Shown here one piece after another: positions 62,003 to 64,000 of a stretch of 64,000 nt of DNA. The stretch's first letter is position 1, and the number at the start of each line of letters is the position of its first letter. A program made the position numbers and the translations under genes. This DNA is from Klebsormidium nitens (lineage: Eukaryota; Plantae; Klebsormidiophyceae), in contig DF237404.1 in the NCBI GenBank assembly GCA_000708835.1, positions 1 to 64,000 on the forward strand. Reading direction: 5' to 3'. Below the pieces are notes generated by a model, which searched no databases, was not told where the DNA came from, and was given only the letters and a program-made list of their open reading frames with translations.

Positions 62003-64000
62003 ATGGCTCTAGCCGCTAGCTGTCACATTGCACTTCGAAACTTCTCCAAGCTTCCTTCTCGGAACCACAAGACCACATTCTGGGCCTTGCATTCATCAAC
62101 TGCACAATCGCCTGTTGCACCACTGCAATCGCTGCGCTCAACTTTTCTCCAGCCAATAGTGAGATCCAGAGGCATCCGGCCCCTCACATTTGTCCATACA
62201 ACGCCTGTTTTCAAAAGGGAATTGCACCAGACTTCTGCTGCAATGGCGGAGGCCGAAGCAGGGCCCTCTCGTGGGGCATTCATCGTTTTGGAGGGCTTGG
62301 ACCGAAGCGGGAAGAGTACCCAGGTGCAAAAATTGGTAGAGGTGGGTGTCTACTAAATATTCAGAGTGATTGGACTGAGCTTCCAAAGTTGTATACTCAG
62401 TGATGTCTGCAGCTGTGACAGCTATACTGTCAGATATGACAATGTTTTAGCTTGGATTCAAAGCATTTGAAGAGACGTCACTGCAAGTGGGCTTTGAGAT
62501 AGTGGAATCCATTTAGTGCTCTCAAGATTCCATTCAGTGCTCTCAACGGCTGACAGATCACTTGAACCTGAAAACATCAAGTGAGCCTATTGAACATCCG
62601 CCCCTTCTGATTGATCTCGCTCTCCCCCTCTGTTGTCAGTATCTGAAAAGTAGAGGCGTCGAAGCGGAGGCCTGGAGGTTCCCTGACCGGACGACTGCGA
62701 TGGGCAAGATGATTGCGTCATACTTGGACAGCAAGAGCGAGCTCGACGATTGCGCGGTGCACCTGCTCTTCTCTGCCAACAGATGGGAGAAACGGTGTGC
62801 CCCAAACCCAAACTGAGCTCTGTTTCTGATTACTTCGATGATCTGCGGAGCTGGCGATTGAGTTGGCAAAAGAGTGTCCTTTGGACGCAACCAGGATGGT
62901 TTACACAGAACGAATGCTCAAGGAAGGAGCTCAATATCGAGCTTATGATCTAGGTGTTTGAGTCTTATCTGTTTCTGAAATCGATGAACTCTTCACTTCT
63001 CACCAAGTCTTTGATTTGTCAGCTTTCTGCCCTCTTCAGAGTTGTGTTGAGTTCAGAGTTGGATCTTGTGTTCACCTACTCGTCATCTATTGAGGTCAAA
63101 GCAAATCCGAAGCCCAACTCAGGCGATTGGTTGCCTAATCTCGTTCTCCCTTGTCCTGCTCCAGCAGATACCAAAGACTATCTTCATATCTTCGTAACGA
63201 AGAGTCTAGAACTCTCCTCTAGCTGGACAGCTGGTAGCCTGGTCAATATCTGTAGTAAGTTTGATGAGATGCTTGAAGTTGATGCCGGGCATAGCCCGGA
63301 TGGCACCTGGGAACTTTGTTGAAAGAAAAGAAAGAAACCCATCGTCTGTCAGTCCGTCAGGGCCGTGAAGCAAGTTGTTCCTCAAACAGGTCCTTAATGG
63401 AGGCAAAGCTTCGAGAAGGCACCACGCTCATCGTGGACCGATACTCCTACTCTGGTGTTGCTTTCACGGCTGCCAAGGGCCTGCCCTTCGACTGGTGTAA
63501 AGTGAGTCGACCGGCACTGATTGAGAGGTCCAAGGCAAGCTTCTTTGTTCTTCCGCATGTAGCTGAGTCGACTGGTTGCTGAGGTACCTGATCTGGAGAT
63601 GGAGAAAATCAGAAGCTATTTATCATCTACTCTTTGGTACATGACTTGGAAGAAGTTGGCAAGTTGGCAACAAACCGAACATTTAGGTTATTGCTCTGAA
63701 CATCGATCGTATGCTATCTCGAGAAAAGGTTTGCAATCTGCCCATTTGCCGATTCTAGACAAGGACTCTAGGCCTTGTGTGCTGCGAAAACTCCAAGTCG
63801 TTGTCCAGAACGCCTCGTCTTTCGTGCAAGGGATCCGCGCACTCCTCACTTTTTCGATGCATCTGGGACGGATACTCTCTTTCGTCCGTTTGGATCCTTT
63901 TGCAGCAAGGTAAAAACAGATTGTCACACTCATTGTGTGGGTACACATACCTCCCTGCTGTTCGACTTTGCAGGCTCCTGAGGTCGGCCTCCCGGCGCCG
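62003..64000 (+). CDS. tmk: Thymidylate (dTMP) kinase, partial (continues beyond the window)
   Basis: Exons 62003-62341, 62640-62794, 63390-63501, 63974 onward. Motifs RGAFIVLEGLDRSGKST, RFPDRTT, HLLFSANRWEK, TLIVDRYSYSGVAF, APEVGLPAP. Confidence 0.93.

Overview
Eukaryotic, intron-rich (GT-AG) nuclear DNA of a plant-lineage organism. Gene content and intron style suggest a streptophyte alga such as Klebsormidium (inference only). I rebuilt spliced models by hand, checking splice sites and reading phases, for 11 protein genes: two R2R3-MYBs (-), a small TM/coiled-coil protein (+), an Mpv17/PMP22 protein (+), MenA (-), a double-hotdog acyl-CoA thioesterase (-), a uridine-kinase-like P-loop protein (+), an orphan organelle-targeted protein (+), a GcvR-like ACT-ACT protein (-), a prolyl 4-hydroxylase with ShKT domain (-), and thymidylate kinase (+, runs off the window). 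There is also an intron-containing tRNA-Val(UAC). Strongest novelty candidates: (1) two tandem pre-miRNA-like hairpins at 51.4-51.8 kb with an identical 23-nt arm and a divergent, wobble-tolerant opposite arm; (2) two equal-length paralogous exons in the P4H gene, separated by a 58-nt intron, that look mutually exclusive and would swap the substrate-binding loop; (3) two foldback elements with a homologous telomere-like G-rich core but unrelated inverted arms. Short local duplications at splice junctions recur, and intergenic islands show composition consistent with CG deamination. No searches were run; family assignments rest on recognised motifs.
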